DNA of 64,000 nt from Marsupella aquatica (lineage: Eukaryota; Plantae; Marchantiophyta), in NCBI GenBank assembly GCA_973895155.1, contig OZ316896.1, positions 8,019,539 through 8,083,538 on the forward strand, in the 5' to 3' direction. The position numbers and the translations under genes are program-made. Positions 48,195-59,834 of the stretch are shown one piece after another. The notes under the pieces were generated by a model. The model was not told the origin of the DNA. It did not search any database and worked only from the letters and a program-made list of their open reading frames with translations. Positions within the stretch are counted from its first letter, which is position 1, and every line of letters begins with the position of its first letter.

Positions 48195-48428
48195 TCAATA
48201 CAAGATAAAAATTGTGCAAGCCCAATCCTGCTCGTAAACTACATAAGGGTACACAATTGGCTCTATTGAATTTAACATCGCAGTTGCAAATGCTTCTCCA
48301 AAGTGAAAAGTCATATGCTGATGCATTATCTCTTTTTGGAGTACATGAATTCTAATAAGGAAAGGATTAGGGAGAGGAAGAATAGGTACTGGTCTAGGCA
48401 TTATTGTACTATCAAATATTCCATCCAA
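48195..48428 (-). CDS. Small ORF1 (77 aa)
   Basis: Homolog of 18770-19012. Confidence 0.75.
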   Translation of the reverse strand: MDGIFDSTIMPRPVPILPLPNPFLIRIHVLQKEIMHQHMTFHFGEAFATAMLNSIEPIVYPYVVYEQDWACTIFILY

Positions 48429-48575
48429 CTAATTTTCATTTTAATGACAAGATATAGAATCATTCAACAAAAAGATCATTCATTTCAAACAAATACTATG
48501 CATTGAGTTAACTCTAAGTATATACATGCAGATGTTTATCTTAATAGGTTGATCTTCTTTTGAATGAAAATACTA

Positions 48576-48839
48576 TCTGAAGGTCCAACTCATACAAAAT
48601 ATCCCTGGCCGAGCCAAAGCTCTAAGCAAGAGTGCATGAGTGGGTCTACTTCATAAGGATTTTACCCAAAAAAGGAGCATATGATGTCAAGGCATTATTG
48701 AGCACTTCTCAACTCTTTAGAACTTAATAACCATCTCCTATCAAATGACAACACTTTCTGAAGGTCCAACTCATACAAAATATCCCTGGCCGAGCTGAAG
48801 CTCTAAGCAAGAGTGCATGAGTGGGTCTACTTCATAAGG
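48576..48839. repeat. Direct repeat of about 85 bp, two copies
   Basis: tctgaaggtccaactcatacaaaatatccctggccgagc...ttcataagg at about 48576 and 48757. Confidence 0.85.
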
Positions 48840-49280
48840 GTTATAATCATATAAGAGAGCATCAAGTCCAATGGATTTTTAAGGCTTCACAACTTAGTTG
48901 ATGAAAAATGGGGAGTGAGGGGAGAGAGCCCCTCTCCTCTTTATTTATAGTGCTCACACCTCAAGCACACGGATCAAGCATGGCACACGGATGGAAGCCA
49001 TGTGTCACATATCCAAGGCAAGTAAGTGTGCTAGTACTGTAGTTACGTGAGTGGAGCAACTATAGGCAGTACACTGTAGCATGCACACTGTAGATCGTAC
49101 ACTATAACATGCACACTGTAGATCGTACACTGTAGCATGCATACTATAGATCGTACACTGTAGATTGTACACTATAGCATGCACACTGTAGATCATACAC
49201 TGTAGATCGTACATTGTAGCATGCATACTATAGATCGTACACTGTAGCATGCACACTGTAAGTCTTGCACTGTAGCATGC

Positions 49281-52200
49281 TGTGACGCCGCCGGTACGGC
49301 GGTTAATGAGTGATTCGGTCTAACTGCGCTCGGCACGCGTGTTAGGAGTGTCTTAGACCGCTATTATTAGCATAACGATAGTATTTAGGTAATCATTATG
49401 GGTAGGATATCATTAGGCAATAAGGGGGAATTCAGGTTCGGACTGGCGGCTGGTTGCTATTCGCACACCCGGGTTACGAGCGTGGAGGGGCCCCTCCCTC
49501 GGGTCTGTATAATGAACTTAAGGAAGCGACCACTGACACGTGCTGACTCTGACCGGCGGAGTGGCCGGCACACCACAAGCGTGAGCGGTTCAGCCTATGG
49601 GCGTCGAGAAGACGTCGGGGGATCGACAAGCCCTCAAGGTATAAAAGGGGAGCCAACCCTTTGTAGTGCACCAGTCCATCAGTCCACGCGCCAGCTTCGA
49701 CCCCAGCTCTCTCGTTCGCTCTAAGTCGCCACTACTATCTCCTTTGAATGTCGCACACGATCCTCTCCAGCTCGGCCATTCGATTCTGGACGCGGTTCCT
49801 ATCTACCGGAAGGCACTTGGCCGACTCATTGAAACACGCCAACCCGCGCCGATACGAAATCGAACGCGAGTACGAGTGAGCCATCCGCCTAGCAGGACAA
49901 CACCACTACATCCTTAACTTTGACTACCCGTCTCAGAGTGAGCTTTACCGACCAGCAGAGGTATCCGGGTACTTCTTCAACGGAGAAAAATATATCGGGT
50001 TTTGGGAAGCATTGCTTCGGCTTCCGGACGAGGTCTTCAATATCCCGGGTATGATCGACTTGCAGCGACATCACTTCGACCACATCCCTGCTCAGGTTCG
50101 GGCTATCATCAATAGCAAGTCCAGCACTACCCGATCGTCTGCACTCGCTTTGGAGAACTTCTACCAGCACCTGTAGAGCTTCACAGGAACTCGGCCAGCA
50201 ACCAACATGACCAACTCAGTCGTACCCGTACCCGTACCCGTACAACCTCAGGCTCAGCTTCAGCTTCAGCCTCAGCCGCAGCCTAGCCAAACCCCACCAC
50301 CGATCGCCCAGCCAGCACAAGTATGATCCGTCATCAACGCTGTGGATCTTAGCGATGACGACGAGGCTACCCTACCCTTGACCAGGCGGCCCAGAGGAAC
50401 AAGCGCTCAGGGGGCCGATACCATATCGTCCCCACCCCCTGCTCTGACCCCAGAAGCGGCCCCGGCAGACAACATGGTGACCGTGGCCGACCCGGGCCCG
50501 TTACTAACGGCAGTAGCACTACCCCGGCCCGATCGGGAGGATGGGGAGGTGTCACCTTCCCCAAGCCAGTCACGGGGGAAGAAGAGGAAGGAATCCGCCC
50601 CTATGTCCGGGTTACCCTTGGCCACGGTAGCCATGGCCAAGGTAACGATGCACCGCATGGGGGAAAACGTTCACAAAAACATCCTCCATCCCAAGCATGC
50701 AGTGTACCTGAAAACTCAGGGATTCGAGCACCTCGCCTCCCTCCCCTGGAACACTTGCAGGTACTACGAGGAGGACATGACAGAGTTCGTCAGGAATTAT
50801 GACGACGCGCGTCAACATACTTGGCTACGGGGAAGGAGTATGTCCCTCACGGAAGAACGGCTCAGGATGATCTTCGGGTTACCCGAAGGTGACCATCGAG
50901 TCAAATCACGGGCTCCCGGGGGCAAGGGAGCCAAGTACCAATCTTCAAGTTTTCCCCCAGAGGGAGCAGTGGACAACGGGTTCGTGATGAAAACCTGCCT
51001 CATCCCCGAGATAGCTGAGCGACTGGAGTTCCAGAGGTACGCCCTCCACATGATGGAACCCCGGGGAGAGATCTCCGCCGCCCAGGTTATCCAGGTCGAG
51101 AACTATCGACCTAGGAGGTGGGCGTCGTACTTCGCTAAGAAATTCCATGAAGAGATGGAGCGGCGAAGGAAGACGCGTACATTGGCGGGAAGGCATATTT
51201 CGCTAGCCACATCGAGATCATTCTTGAGTGGTACGCCCGGTTTGATCGACAAACCCTTCCCCGTGTCAACGTTACAAAGCTGGTCCCAGCTAGGTGGGTT
51301 TTCCCGGCCTTGGAGAGACGGCCCCAGCCCGAGGCCCGAAGTCCAGCAGACACGCCAGCTTCACCCACCCCACCTCCACAAGTAGCTGTAGTCGTAACCG
51401 AGGAGGTACCGGATGGGTCGGGTGTCGCAACCGTTGATGCGACCCAACAGGCCGGGCTAAGTACAGAAGTCGGTACGGCGGAGGTCTTACCCGAGCCCGG
51501 TTCTCCCAAAGACCCACCGGTGGCTATTCCGGAGAACCGGACATTGCTACAGGAGGACGCTCCAGCCCCTTCCAACGTTACGTCCCCAGGGCTGGACGTC
51601 ACTACCCCGGCCCCCGCACGTGTGGACGTCTGCCCGTGCCCAACTCCGGACAGGCACAACCTGGACCACCCGGAACTCTTCGTACCGGGTACATTTCTGA
51701 ACGGGCTTCTGGGAGATTTCTCTCATCAAATTGCCCAGGATACTGGGGAGTTCATGGCCCGGAAGGTAGCCTATTTCTTCAATCAGGAGTTGGTTGCCGC
51801 AGTAAAGGCAGGTCGGGCCCAGTCAGAGGCCCTTCAGAGGATAGAGCAGTACCGGGTGGAGTCTGTGTACCTAAAGAACAAAGTTGCGGCTCAAGAGGCT
51901 GAGCTTCGGCAACTACGACCCAAGGTTGCAGCCGCCGATGAGTTGTTAGCAAAGGCGCACGCTCTTACCGCCCTAGCCAAACAGGCCAAAGCTGGGAACA
52001 AAGCCGAGATTACACGACTCTGGAACCAGATTGACAGTTTGAAGAATCAAACTGTCACCTGGCAGAAAGACCTGGAGGAGGCCGAGGAATGGCCCAGCGG
52101 GACATGGCGGAGATAGCCACGCTGCAGGCCGAGGTGGCGCGGCTCCAAACCGAGGCCGAGAAGCAGGACCAGCTGGCGGATAAACTGACAAGTGACGCCC

Positions 52201-53258
52201 AGCAGTTGGAGTAGGCTTGTCAGGAGGCAGCAGAGGAGACGGACACGGCAAGGCGAGAGAACGAATCTCTGCTGGACCAGGTCCAACTCCTCAAAGCGGA
52301 CAATGACAGGCTCTGAAGGCAGCGGGATGGCCGCTCCCATTCAGGTGGCTGTGGCAAGCGTGCCAGGCATTAGCGGCGGAGTAGGAATAGAGTAGGATTA
52401 GGACTAGCTTAGTCAGGCTCTTGGGACAGGCACCTGCCTCAGGTACAGCATCGCTGTCGTGCTGTCCAGCCTGCATAGATTAGGATCTTTTAATAAGACA
52501 CAGCCGTTTCCGGCCTGACTGTCAGCTTAGTTAGGACCGTAGTTAGTGAATCTTCGGCGAGAGGACACCCCGTCCCTCGGCCCTTAGTATTTAGTGCACC
52601 CCCTTGGTAGAGACGGGGGGGTTTTTAGTTGCAAAGTTGGGCGTCCGCGGTATGTGCGGGGAGTCCCGACCTCTGGGAATGAAAGAGTACCAAGGGGAGG
52701 GGGTAGGACTAAGCTCGTCGGGCGAGTGCGGAGCCGGGCTACGTTGTAGTGTGCACCCTTGGCCTTGAACCAGTTCATTCCGGGGCTGTTGGGTCAACTA
52801 AGTGTACGCATATGTTCCCTTTGTAGTAAAATCCTTTCCCATCATTTTCCTTCGTGTAAATCGAGATTGTATGCATGTGCGCGTGTATGTGTGTGGGTTT
52901 CTCGTATATGCAGGCCGAACGCACTACCCGAGACGTGCATAGGGTGCACCCTGCGGGTAAGTGGTTGCGAGCACGGGTTGAGGACCTGTATCATCGAATC
53001 CGGATCGAAGGCGAACAGCTCGAAGGCTTAGAAGCCCTTAAGCCGGGGTCGATCCTGCTATCGACTAAGGTACGTTCCGGCGGCGGAACACAAACCATAC
53101 CTAGGAGGTGTCCGTATTTAGCAGTATGCGTACTTAGCGCTAGTTTACGAGAATAAGGTGCATTACGTGCTTCCCTTCCTGCCCAAACCCTCAGATTTAC
53201 GAGGGATATGCCCGTCTAAGCTGAAGTCTGAGTTAAGGCCGTAGCCGATGACGTGACA
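49281..53258 (+). mobile_element. 3978-bp solo LTR with 5-bp TSD CATGC, containing a long gene
   Basis: TGTGAC...GTGACA ends; CATGC at 49276-49280 and 53259-53263; no gag/pol inside. Confidence 0.88.
49748..52395 (+). pseudogene. LTR-internal gene (paralog of 15586-18122)
   Basis: ATG at 49748 is in frame with 50342-51385; same frameshift as copy 1; TATAAAA at 49640. Confidence 0.65.
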
Positions 53259-53419
53259 CATGCACACTGTAGATCGTACACTGTAGCATGCACACTGTAG
53301 GTTGTGCACTGTAGCATGTACACTATAGACTGCATATAGTGCGAGAATTCAAACTACTATCCTATACTACTAAGCTATACTTAAAAGGAACTTACTAAAC
53401 AAAGAATCCCCACGACAAC

Positions 53420-56400
53420 GTGCGAGCAACCGAGATAATTGGATTGCAAAGTCCAGACTCGGCCCTTTCCCGAATGGTCCGTGGGAATCGTGGTCAACAA
53501 GTGCTCAATTTTCCTGCAGCTCGCGGAGTTGTTGGGACTGCATGTGTGAATAGTTCACCGTTCAGAGTTCCAGATTCTCCAAGTTCTCCAGGGCGGACTG
53601 TGATTGGTTCCAGGCTCCAAGCATCGAGGAGAGGTCTTAGTGGTGTTCAGGTTATGTATAGAGAGCCACGAAGTCCAATTGTGTTTTCAGATGAGTCGAG
53701 TGGATCAGAGGACGAAGATCAGGAAGGAGATAGAGAATCCGATATCATAGCACAAGTTGTGTCTGAATGTTTAGAAGGAGCTGTAGAAGGGAATAGTTTT
53801 AGTCACCTTTTCAGTGCCCCTCTAAATGCGTCGAGGAGATCTGTGGAGGATGGTAGCTCAGCACAGAGTGATGCATCTATTTGTGAGGTACCTGAAGGAG
53901 AGAAAAATGCCAATATTCTCATAGGATTTCAGTCTATAGAGAAGTCAAATGAGCCAAGTAAAAAAGATAGAGATCGAATTACTAGGAAAGACAATGTGAT
54001 AAATGATAAATTGAATAGAAACAAAATGAAAGAAATTTATAAGTATCCATGTTGTGATAATTTTTGTCTGAGGAATTTGGGTCTGCAGGATGTGACGAAA
54101 CAACACACATATTACTATGGGCTATCCTACCAAGAGAAGAACGTACTTCTAAGAGGATGTATGAAGGGTGGGCATGCTGGTGCAAGTGGTTACTCAGTTA
54201 GTGGTAGATCCTTTTGTCGGAGTGGTTTTAAGAAATTATTTTCCCTAGGAAATAATCGTCTCCAAAAAATCTTGAAGAACATGTTTTCTCGGATACAGAT
54301 CGATACATTTTGTAGAGAAAAATCAACCGCACATCTTGGTCTTGTTCAATGGCTGGATGATTTTTTTACCACAAATGTAGAGAGTCTCCCCAACAAGGAT
54401 ATCTTTCATTTACCTAACAATTGGACAAAAACAGAAGTTTTTGACGCCTTCCAGTCTGAAACTCTAATGCGCCAAGAACAAGGCGTGACATATTCATGGT
54501 TTGTTCGCATTTTGAACAAGGAGTTTCCTCGCGTGCGCATCCCCAAAAGGAGTCATTTCTCCACCTGCGCCCCATGTACTGAATTCAAAGCACTTCGTGA
54601 TAAGGCAACACTCGAAGCAGAAAAGAGTAAGTTTCTAAACCCGTGTGTTACTCCCGATAATTTTATCGGGTTGAGTATTCCCATGCTTCTTCTTTGGTAA
54701 TGTGTGTGAATATATCGTTTGAACAGTTTGAATACTTATCCCCGATAATTTTATCGGGTTGAGTATTCCCATGCTTCTTCTTTGGTAATGTGTGAATATA
54801 TTGTTTGAATACTTATCCCGATAAATTTATCGCTGTCACGGTTTAACATTATGGTTATCAAATCAAGTGTTTGAATACTGAACCCGATAAATTTATCGCT
54901 GTCAGACCAGCAAAGTTCTAAACGTTTTGATTATTGTAGGAAAATTCTCAACATTGCTAAACGAGCATCGGAAGGCACAAGCAGTGGAGAGGGAGAAGTT
55001 AGCAAAGCAGCAGAGCAAATGTTACAAGAGTCCGGAGAAATATTTGGGCATCTGTATTGATGGAATGGATCAAAAGAAGATAGAGTTACCTCATTTCATT
55101 CGGTGTCCAAAGAATATGGATGAGAAGTATTTCATCCCTGTACACGTAGTGGGTTGTTTGATCTTCAACAAACAATTGAGTTCAAATGTTTTTTTGAACT
55201 ATCCAAATATTCACAATGATAGCAACCTGACCATCCACGTTATTCAGCATATTCTGAATACCTGGGAAGGTCCGTTCCCTCCAGTGCTTTACCTCCAGCT
55301 TGATAACATTGCTCGGGAAAACAAGAATAAATATTTTATGGCATATTTGAACATGTTGGTGGAGATAGGTGTTTTCCAAAAAATAAAGGTTGGTTTTCTG
55401 TTGGTTGGGCACACCCATGACCAAATTGATCAAATGTTTAGCAAGTTTTCTTCAAAATTGAACAAGCGAAAAGCTTTTTGATTGGACACTCTTTCCGCAA
55501 TCATAGAGGAATCCTACAATCCTACGGCAAAAATATTTTTTGTCCATGAGGTTGCCGATTTCAAAAAATTTGTGTCTGACAAGGATCAAGCAAATGACAA
55601 GGATATGGATGGTCAAGTTCTGTGTACTCTCCACGGCATAAGTGCTCAGAAACAATTTCGGATTACCAGAGTACTCAAAGATGGGAGTGCTCAGTCTGTC
55701 TTCCATGCCAAACATCTTTCCACGACAACAGATTGGGGGGGGGCCCGTGGAATTTGTTTGGTAGTACATTCCTTCATCTGGAATGTGGGTTGCACCACAA
55801 ATGGCATTGAAGTCGGCCACGGGAGCGACAGGAGACAATGATGATCAAGAGAATGATACTGAGGAACAAGACGAGCGGGCGGCGCAAAATCATTTTTCCA
55901 CTCTTCAAAAGTATCGGAGAGCAATTGAAGATGGATTCAATTACTTTGACAACAAAGATCGGCTATGGTGGGGTCGTTTTTTTGACAAACAAAAAGAAGT
56001 GATTCAACACCACCTGAAACCTGCACAATGGAGTTTTGATTGGAGTTGGCCCAAGGTAAACGTACAGAGAGAACCTACGACCAATCCTATGGAAGCAGCA
56101 ATGGAACCTATCTTGGTTGATAAAATAGCGGGTGTGAGGACAGTCATGTATTCCGGAAGTCAGAGAAAAGTCACGGAAATTGGAGACTTCAAGGATCTAG
56201 AGGTGAATACTAAATTTTCAATGATATGTGTAGCAGCCCATCAGGATCCAAAGGGAAGACCATTCTGGATGGCAAAAGTGATTAAGTTTAGAGTTTAGGG
56301 TCTTGCCCAGTGACAAAACACCCGGGCCTGACGGTATGACAGCAGAGGTTTACAGAGCATGTTGGGGTTTTATTGGTTAGGATTTAGTGGATATGATACA

Positions 56401-59383
56401 GGAATTTTGGCTTACGGGTGCCCTCGATGCTGATATTTGTGAAGGAATTGTTAAATTCATACCCAAGAAACCGGACAAACGTTTGTTAAGTGACTGGCGC
56501 CATTGACAATGCTAAATACGATATACAAGCTAATTGCCAAGATCCTTGCCTTGCGATTAAAACCAATCCTACACCTGATAATAAGTCCGCAACAAACTGG
56601 ATTTATCCCTGGACGCCACATCTTAGAAAATATTTCCCTTGCTTGGCTTGCCTGTGATTGGGTTCACAAAAGGAGACGAGAGGCACTGTTTCTGAAATTA
56701 GACTTTGATAAGGCTTTTGACCGTGTGTCGCATGAATATATATGGGAATGTATGCAGTTGTTAGGGATAAGCGGACGTTTCATCTCACTGGTTAGAGCGT
56801 TGTTGGCTCAGGCATCTTCACGTGCCTTGGTGAATGGTTTACTATCTAACATGTTTGAGCTCAAGCGTGGGGTAAGACAGGGCTGCCCTTTATCACCGTT
56901 GCTGTTTGTTATCTTCACGCAGCCACTTATGGATTTTCTTGATGCAGAGCTAGCAGCGGGTAGACTGTGTGGCTTGCAGATCTCGCTTGATCTCACTATT
57001 TGCTACAGGTTGTTTGCGGATGATGTGGGGATGTTTATCCCTGCAACTGAGAATGCTTTTGAGGAAGCAACAACTGCTCTGGACTGTTATGAGAAGGCTA
57101 GCGGTGCTCGACTGAATTTGAAGAAATCAGTTGTGATTCCATTGGCTATGGAGGAGGTCCCTGTTTGGCTGAATAACACGGGCTGCCATATCAGTCAAAG
57201 GGGGGAGATGCAAAAATATCTTGGTGCACCATTTGGGGTGGGCTTGAGCCGGAGCAACTGCACAAATTCTGCCTCGACAAAATTTGTGCCAGGCTTGCTG
57301 TTTGGTCCAACAAGTTGCTTTCCTTTACTGGCCGATCATTACTAGTTAAACAGGTGCTGCTTGCTATTCCGATCTACCATGTTATGTATTGCAAGGCGTC
57401 TGCTGGTCTAGCCAAGAAGCTTATTGCTCTCAGTAGAGAGTTTCTATGGGGATACAATGACTCAGGAGGGAAGAAGGTCCCGTTGGTGGCTTGGGACAGG
57501 ATGGCACTGCCACGAGTGGAGGGGGGATTGGGATTTCGGGATTTCCGCAGCCACTCTGATGCCCTGCTCTCTCAATGGTTCACTAAGGCACTGAACTCGC
57601 CAGAACTGGAATGGTCCAAGATGTTGGCGGCCAATCTGGGATTGTTGGGGTGGATGAACTACAAGGTTATTAGGAGAAATGGATACTCCTTCCAGGACCA
57701 GTTGCTTTTATGTACACCTCGTTCCTTTAGTGGGCTCCCCTACACTACGGGTCTCTGGCGATGCTGGGAGCTAGTGAGAGCCCATCTATCCTTTGAGCCT
57801 GGCCGGGGGGGGCCGCCTGCCCGGTGGAGCATCACTAACACACTCAGATGTATGGTGGGCTTTCATTCTCTTCCTAATTCGGCCATTACGGACATTGCAA
57901 CGATCTGTGGCCGGCTGGGAATGAGATCGATTGGTGATGGTTGGTCGGCGGAGGAAGGATGTTGGAAGGATGTTGGAAGGACCTCCCGCTTAGATGGAGC
58001 AACATGCGTGGATTCTCTGCAGAGCATCAATTGCTTGCACGGAAGTTCTTGGAAAGTATATGGAGCGCTTCACACTGCCGGTCAGAGTACTTCCTGTATG
58101 CCAAACAGTGGAGGTGGACAGATAGACTTGAACCATTGAAGGATTTCAGAATTCAGAACTGCAGAGTGTATGACTTCTTGCGGCCCAAGACCTCAAATCA
58201 CAAACGCCTGAATAGGATCTGGTCTCTTACCCAAGAGGAGAGAGGATGGAATGAGAGCTGGTCCAGACTGTGGAGATCGGATTTACCAACCAGAGGCAAG
58301 ACCTTTATATGGAGGATCATTGTGGGGGGCTTGTTCACTAGGGCCCGTGCACTTAGATTAGAGGTGAGCAATGGTGACTGCAAGTTGTGCAGCAGACGGT
58401 TGGAAACCATCCCTCACCTTTTTTTCCAATGTGCACATGCTGTCTATTGTTGGCGTCTCTGTTTGACCTCGTTGAGTGCGCTGGATATGCCAATTGGACA
58501 AGGGCTGATGGCCCTTTTAGATGCAGCCTGTGGGAGGGAGCCGATCCGAGTGGCGCAACTTTTTGTCTTGCACCAAATTCTCTGGAGGCTCTGGATTGGG
58601 AGAAACACTCACATGTTTCAGACGGGGGGGAGACGTGTGTTTGACCTGGGACTTGTACTGTCAGAGGCAGTGGAAAACTTATTCGCTGCTGGTCGGCGTT
58701 GCCCCCCGGGCAAGAAGTGCACTCGCCTGCTGCGCGCCAAATCATGTATCGATGGGCTTCGCAAGAGCTGGCTTGGCAGCGGGGGGATCAGTTTCACTTC
58801 CGCTGGGTGACTTTGATTTTGCAGTGATGTTTGAACGTTGAGACCAATGGATGTTTGGTTCTGGGGGCACTGATGCCCTCAAGCTGGTTGTGAGTTTGTG
58901 TGGTGTGGGTTTGGGTTGCTGGTAGGTGTCTCCGGGGAGAGTAATTCCTTGCCTTAGGTGGATTTGGGTTGGTTTTTTGAGGTTTGGCCCTCTGTTCTTT
59001 CTTGGCTGCCTCCCGGGAAACCTGGTCTGTTTGTGCGCCCTCCCCGTGGGGCTTTTCACGGCGGAACTGAATTGATTTATTTATGGCTACCATTCCAAGG
59101 AAAAGTGATTGAGATTCTCACAAAAATTAACAACATCCCCGAGCGAATTAAAATCACTTGGTATGCAATGGATTCGGAAGAGGAGTCTGCAATTGAAGGT
59201 AGATATTATCCGGAGAAAGAGGCTTCGTCTAACAAAGTACTGGAGGATGAACTGTCCCTAGCAGAAACTGCAGTTTATGCGTATAATTTTGCGTTATTGG
59301 CAAATAGTACTCTACCTGTACAAACAAGACGAATCATTCAAAATGCAATGATGGACACTGTAGTCGTTGATAGTAGAAGCTAG
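53420..59383 (+). pseudogene. Sola-like (DUF7869-type) DDE transposase with a C-terminal BAH/Tudor-like domain; split by a LINE
   Basis: CCDNFC, FSTCAPC, ICIDGMDQ, LYLQLDNIARENKN, FLLVGHTHDQIDQMFS; in-frame intron 54627-54939; removing the LINE restores PFWMAKVIEILTK...ITWY. Confidence 0.8.
56284..59100 (+). mobile_element. 5'-truncated L1-clade LINE (RT + zf-RVT) with 10-bp TSD AAAAGTGATT
   Basis: KTPGPDG, LKLDFDKAFD, GVRQGCPLSP, LFADD, KYLG, CKLC...ETIPHLFFQC; TSD at 56274-56283 and 59101-59110. Confidence 0.93.
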
Positions 59384-59834
59384 TGTAAAGGTTTTAAGTT
59401 ATAATGGTTATCGTTAAGCTGGTTATCATTCCCATGAGGATGGTCGCAATCGTGAACATCTGGGACTAAGTATGTTGTTCTCCGAAGCTATAATTATATC
59501 TTTTTTTGAATTGATTGTAATGACTAACTAGCTAGAGCGTGGAATGCAAAGTCTGATAATATTATCGACAACTCCATTCCCCAGCTAGAACATCGTGACA
59601 AATAAGGGAGTGGAATAGCTAGAGCGTGGAATGCAAAGTCCGATAAGTCCCCAGCTAGAACACCGTGACAAACAAGGGAGTAGAATGCAATGTCTGATAA
59701 ATTTATTGGGTTCAAACGTAATTGCGATAACTTTATCATACTCCATTCTCCGAATATTGAGAAGTGGGACTGACATAATCTAACATAACCTAAACTAACC
59801 TAACCTAACTATCATACAACCAGATAACAATTTC

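Larger units (their letters stand above)
49068..53330. repeat. Minisatellite of 14/15-bp CACTGTAG subunits, split by the solo LTR
   Basis: catgcacactgtag and atcgtacactgtag units at 49068-49280, resuming at 53259-53330. Confidence 0.9.
47903..53417 (-). mobile_element. Second LTR-like leader starting TGTCGTGGGGATTC, interrupted by the 4-kb solo LTR and fused to the pol fragment
   Basis: Terminus gaatccccacgaca at 53404-53417; tandem array; CTATAAATAAAAG at about 48938-48950; small ORF pair. Confidence 0.6.

Noticed and set aside
56287-56300. Telomere-repeat addition (TTTAGAGTTTAGGG) at the LINE 5' junction
   Set aside because: Only two units, one imperfect, and they read in frame with LINE ORF2 (EFRVLPSDKTPG); may be chance.
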